Shown in pieces: positions 7,378-10,927 of a stretch of 10,927 bases of DNA. How positions within the stretch are numbered: the stretch's first letter is position 1; each line of letters starts with the position of its first letter. The DNA comes from Limisphaerales bacterium (GTDB lineage: Bacteria > Verrucomicrobiota > Verrucomicrobiia > Limisphaerales > SIBE01), in contig JBGAIN010000223.1 in NCBI GenBank assembly GCA_044225505.1, forward strand, positions 1-10,927, read 5' to 3'. Under the pieces are notes generated by a model. The model worked only from the letters and a program-made list of their open reading frames with translations, searched no databases and was not told the DNA's origin. Position numbers and translations under genes: made by a program.

Positions 7378-8016
7378 ATGGCACGTTGCCTTTCAGTGTT
7401 GCGACTCTGTTGCATTGCGTATTGTGCGATCGCAAACCCAGGTCGGTTCTCCGGCTATGGCAGCAATGTTTGGGGTTTCACGGCATGCGATGGGCCAGGC
7501 GTTCCGCCTTTTCTTCCTTATACCGCGCGCGGCACGCCCAACCCGCTGAACGACGACGGAACCATCGCCCCAGCCGGCCCGGGTGGATCGCTCCCCTTTG
7601 CCCCGGAGTATGCAGTCCCAGCGCTCCGCACGATGTATGATCAATTTCAAACGAAGCTGTGGACCGTCTATGGATTTCGAGAGGCTCTTAATCTCCAGGC
7701 GAATTGGTGGGGGCCGCACGTCCTGGGAATAGACCAAGGACCAATCCTGCTCATGGCCGAGAACTACAGCTACGGGCGTGTCTGGGAGCGCTTCATGAAG
7801 AACCCCGAAGTCCAGCGTGGGCTGGCTGCGGCTGGCTTTCTCCCAGAGGTGAAGGCCAAACCCACCCGCCGCCCCCGGCCCGCTCCTCGAGAACTCAACA
7901 ATCCTAGCTCGAACGTCGATACAGCTAGGATTCTTCCAACCAATCCGACCCGTTCAGATGACGCTATCATTCAGCCTTCGCCCCAAAATGTCAGTTCAAA
8001 CTCCGAACCTCCTTAA
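7378..8016 (+). pseudogene. C-terminal fragment of a glucoamylase-like / GH144 (endo-beta-1,2-glucanase) family protein
   Basis: AYCAIANPG..GYGSNVWGFTACDGP...Y.ARG...DDGTIAP...S.PFAPE...YGFREA.N...W..HVLGIDQGPILLMAENY..G.VW..FM.NPE.QRGL..AGF matches the GH144 C-terminal third. Similarity is lost upstream of about 7400. Confidence 0.8.
7900..7932. repeat. Perfect 10-bp inverted repeat (hairpin or operator)
   Basis: AATCCTAGCT-N13-AGCTAGGATT. Confidence 0.75.
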
Positions 8017-8028
8017 CTTCCATTGCCT

Positions 8029-8985
8029 ATGCCACAGCACACCCGCCGCCAATTCATCGCCACAGTGACTCAGATCGCTTCCATCGCCGCCATCGCCCCG
8101 CTCGTCTCGCGTGGCGCTCTCGATACCCCGCGGCGAATGAAGATTTGCCTTTCCTGCGGATCGATCGGTGTCTCCGCAAACCAGACGGAAGCGATTCGAC
8201 TTGCCGCACACTACGGCTTTGAAGCGGTGGAAGCGTATCCTGACTTTCTTGCGGGCCTGGACTCAGCACGAGCCAAGGAGCTAGTTGGCACACTGAAAGA
8301 ACGTGGACTCGTCTTTGGTGCGGCTGGGCTCCCGGTAGAGTTTCGTCGCGACGATGCCGCGTTTCAATCTTCCCTGAAACGACTTCCAGCGTTGGCCGAG
8401 GGGCTTCGCCAAGTCGGTGCTGACCGCTGGGGAACATGGCTTTCCCCGTGCGACAACTCCCGAACCTATTTGGCAAACTTCAAACGCCATGCGCAACGTC
8501 TGCGCGAAGTGGCCCAAGTTCTAAAAGACTATGGTCAACGCCTCGGACTAGAATACGTCGGCACCAAGACGGCCCGGGAACAATGCCAATACCCGTTCGT
8601 CCATTCGATGAAGGAGATGAAAGAGCTCATTGCCGAGATTGGGACGGGGAATGTTGGATTCGTCCTGGATAGCTGGCACTGGTGGCAAGCGGATGATTCC
8701 GTTGAAGATCTTCTCACTCTCGCGAATGCTGATATCGTTTCCGTCGATCTCAATGATGCGCCCGCCAACGTCGACAAGAACAAACAACAAGATGGGCGGC
8801 GTGAATTGCCCGTGGCGACGGGGGTGATCGACGTCAAAGCATTTCTGAATTGTCTTTTCCAGATTGGCTATGATGGCCCCGTCCGCGCAGAACCGTTCAA
8901 CAAGACCCTCAACGATCTGAACAACGAAGAGGCCTGCGAGGCTACCAAGGCTGCCATGAGCAAAGCCTTTGCCCTGCTCCAATAG
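8029..8985 (+). CDS. Sugar phosphate isomerase/epimerase (xylose isomerase-like TIM barrel) with Tat-like signal peptide
   Basis: N-terminal TRRQFI followed by a hydrophobic stretch. Metal-binding pattern of the AP_endonuc_2 family: GFEAVE, LGLEY, VLDSWH, DLND, R.LP..G.ID, GYDGPV.AEPF. Confidence 0.9.
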   Translation: MPQHTRRQFIATVTQIASIAAIAPLVSRGALDTPRRMKICLSCGSIGVSANQTEAIRLAAHYGFEAVEAYPDFLAGLDSARAKELVGTLKERGLVFGAAGLPVEFRRDDAAFQSSLKRLPALAEGLRQVGADRWGTWLSPCDNSRTYLANFKRHAQRLREVAQVLKDYGQRLGLEYVGTKTAREQCQYPFVHSMKEMKELIAEIGTGNVGFVLDSWHWWQADDSVEDLLTLANADIVSVDLNDAPANVDKNKQQDGRRELPVATGVIDVKAFLNCLFQIGYDGPVRAEPFNKTLNDLNNEEACEATKAAMSKAFALLQ

Positions 8986-9032
8986 TTCGTCACCCAAGAA
9001 CGTATCGACGGGCACAAACGGTTGAGAACTGA

Positions 9033-9090
9033 CAACGCGACGCGCGTGTGGCGCGCTTGCCAGCTCGTTGCGCGCGGAGGACGCCGCGCG
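9033..9090 (+). terminator. Tandem GC-rich hairpins after the TIM-barrel gene
   Basis: CAACG...GCGCG-TGTGG-CGCGC...CGTTG (9033-9070) followed by CGCGCGG-AGGACG-CCGCGCG (9071-9090). There is no U-tract. Confidence 0.3.
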
Positions 9091-9109
9091 AGACCGCCGC
9101 GGGACGTCG

Positions 9110-9147
9110 GTGTCTTATGTCATGACACGCTGTCGCGAACCAAGGCA
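9110..9147. promoter_or_regulatory. Tandem palindromic sites, candidate enhancer (bEBP) binding sites
   Basis: GTGTC-N9-GACAC (9110-9128) and TGTC-N9-GGCA (9131-9147), offset by 20 bp. Confidence 0.45.
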
Positions 9148-9199
9148 CCTTTCTCCCGTCGTGGCGAGCCATCCCCCAGGGAGAATTGAACCAGGCTGC

Positions 9200-9214
9200 G
9201 GGCATATTTCTTGC
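9200..9214 (+). promoter_or_regulatory. Candidate sigma54 (-24/-12) promoter
   Basis: GGGCATATTTCTTGC is GG-N10-GC with GGCA and TTGC, close to the TGGCAC-N5-TTGC consensus. It ends 17 nt upstream of ATG 9232. Confidence 0.55.
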
Positions 9215-9231
9215 CCGCACAGAAACACCCG

Positions 9232-9519
9232 ATGAACCTAGCTCGGCATACTCGACCGGTCTCCCGGAGCCATTCGAAACGCATGACGGTTCTTCACGAG
9301 TCCAGACATCGCGTCCTTCGAGCCTGCATCGTGAACACGGAGACGGCCGACATTGTCATCCGATCTTCCCCAGCGTTATGCGTAGGAAAGCGGATCTCCT
9401 TCGTCAAACTGTCCGATTGGGAGCGGATGAAGCCCAGCCGTCGACCCTCCGCCGAGTTGTGGAGGTCGGGCGTCATCTGGCGAATCGAGAAGAATTGCCT
9501 GCACCTTACTCGCACCTGA
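9232..9519 (+). CDS. Small basic hypothetical protein (95 aa; alternative start ATG 9283)
   Basis: Fills the gap between two convergent genes without overlap, has beta-strand-like patterning (RACIVN, DIVIRS, VGKRISFVKL, SGVIWRIE) and follows a candidate sigma54 promoter. Confidence 0.55.
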   Translation: MNLARHTRPVSRSHSKRMTVLHESRHRVLRACIVNTETADIVIRSSPALCVGKRISFVKLSDWERMKPSRRPSAELWRSGVIWRIEKNCLHLTRT

Positions 9520-9630
9520 AGGGACTTTATAGACCTGTGTTGGCGCTTGGGCTGTGCTTCCGTTGGAGCGCGCTTCACGACCTTCTTGGCCGAGGCGCGC
9601 CCCAGACTCTCTCTCGCAATCGGCGCGCAC

Positions 9631-10927
9631 TTAGACCTCCCACCCTGCCCGGTAGCTGCGTCGAACGTGTGAATTCACCGCGGGCAAGTTCGAGCATTCC
9701 ATCTTTTCCACGTCCCATTCTACCTTGGCGCCGGGCCCAGCCCTCTGCGCCAGGTGCCCCGTCAATGCCATAGCCGTCAACGGAGCGGCTGCGTCAGGGA
9801 AATTAGACGCTGGGGCTCCCCCATTTCGAATGCACCAGTACAAGTCTTGAATCGGTCCTGCGCCATGAGCGCGGGGCAGAGTCTTCTCCGGTTTAGGAGT
9901 TCGGTCGTGCTCCGCCTGAGGGATGATTTTGGCATCGCTGCCCAGCATGCCTTTATTTCCTACAAACAAAGTGAATTCCCCGAATTTCCGTTGCTCCTTC
10001 GCTTCGGCATCTTTCCACACTTCTGGTCTCAAACCGTCGTGGTCATAGACGTAGAGTTTGCAGGCGGGGAAGGCTGGACGCGCGGGAACGTGATAGCAAC
10101 CGATATTGACCTGCGGATACATCTCGTCGCTGCCGCCCTTGGTGGAGATGCATTCGACGGTAAACTTCTTCACTTCCCAGAGCCGCAACGCCATGAAAGG
10201 AAACGCTACGTGGTGACAAGCCATGTCCCCGATTGTTCCAGTGCCGAACTGTCTCCAGCTGCGCCAGCTGAAAGGATGGAGGCCATCATGAAACTCGCGG
10301 TACTCTGCTGGTCCTAACCACTCGTCCCAGTGCAAGTTCGATGGCACTGGTTTGCTGGCGGGACGTCCACCACTTCCGCCAAAGTTACGGCCCAGCACGG
10401 TGTGAGATTCAACCACATTGCCGATCGCGCCCGCAGCGATATATTCCGCCACGCGTCGAATCCCGTCATCGCAGTAGCCCTGATTGCCCATCTGCGTGCA
10501 GACCTTGGCGTCGCGGGCCGCCTTGGCGAGCGCATAACACTCGCGGATATTGTGAGCGAGCGGTTTTTGACAGAACACATGTTTTCCCAAATGAAGCGCG
10601 CGGATGGCCGCTGGGGCATGGTGATGGTCCGGGGTGGCAACCAACACGACATCAATGTCCCGATGACAGTCCTCCAGCATCTTGCGATAATCATGGAAAA
10701 GCTTGGGTTTCGCCTGGTCCTGGACCTTGTCTTTCATTACCTGGGCGATGGTATTGTCGTCGACATCCGCTATCGCCACGAGGTTCTCACGCAGGCTTTC
10801 ATCCATACTGTAGCCCCCCATGCCACCCGCCCCGATGACCGCCACACCCAGCTTTTTGCCAGCGTCGGCCGCTGCGAACAACGGAGCCCGAGAAGTGACA
10901 GCCATTCCAGCGACACCAATTCCCAGC
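9631..10927 (-). CDS. Gfo/Idh/MocA family NAD(P)-dependent oxidoreductase (5' end outside the window)
   Basis: VAVIGAGGMG, AIADVD, DYRKML, VATPDHHH, HVFCQKPL, QMGNQ, WDEWLGPA, WR.W.QFGTG.IGDMACH. The frame stays open to the window edge (LGIGVAGMAVTSRAPLFAAA), consistent with the end of a signal peptide. Confidence 0.95.
   Translation of the reverse strand, partial: LGIGVAGMAVTSRAPLFAAADAGKKLGVAVIGAGGMGGYSMDESLRENLVAIADVDDNTIAQVMKDKVQDQAKPKLFHDYRKMLEDCHRDIDVVLVATPDHHHAPAAIRALHLGKHVFCQKPLAHNIRECYALAKAARDAKVCTQMGNQGYCDDGIRRVAEYIAAGAIGNVVESHTVLGRNFGGSGGRPASKPVPSNLHWDEWLGPAEYREFHDGLHPFSWRSWRQFGTGTIGDMACHHVAFPFMALRLWEVKKFTVECISTKGGSDEMYPQVNIGCYHVPARPAFPACKLYVYDHDGLRPEVWKDAEAKEQRKFGEFTLFVGNKGMLGSDAKIIPQAEHDRTPKPEKTLPRAHGAGPIQDLYWCIRNGGAPASNFPDAAAPLTAMALTGHLAQRAGPGAKVEWDVEKMECSNLPAVNSHVRRSYRAGWEV

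Noticed and set aside
7379..7393. TGGCACG, a sigma54 -24-like sequence
   Set aside because: The TTGC follows immediately rather than at GG-N10-GC spacing.
1..10927. CRISPR arrays, tRNA/rRNA, IS elements, integron attC sites, dispersed REP repeats
   Set aside because: By eye I found no regularly spaced direct repeats, cloverleafs, transposase or integrase ORFs, or sequence shared between the intergenic hairpins.

Overview
A mostly housekeeping and accessory chromosomal segment, probably from a Verrucomicrobiota/PVC bacterium. The taxonomy is inferred from an H-X9-DG prepilin-like protein, Tat-type sugar enzymes and largely SD-less starts. The left part holds icd (5' part), dxs, xseB and a prepilin-type/H-X9-DG gene, all on the minus strand. 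These are followed by cutA (+), a membrane-fused spermidine-synthase-like protein (-) and an orphan ABC-2 (DUF990-type) permease (+). The right part is more accessory. It has a small hydrophilic minus-strand ORF with a long stem-loop over its translation start, a truncated GH144/glucoamylase-family remnant and a Tat-signal TIM-barrel sugar isomerase/epimerase. It also has a small unknown ORF behind a candidate sigma54 promoter with tandem upstream palindromes, and a Gfo/Idh/MocA oxidoreductase that runs off the window. I found no tRNA, rRNA, CRISPR array or transposase. The best leads are the structured leader plus small ORF (6958-7372) and the sigma54-type small gene (9110-9519). No novel multi-gene system can be established from the sequence alone.
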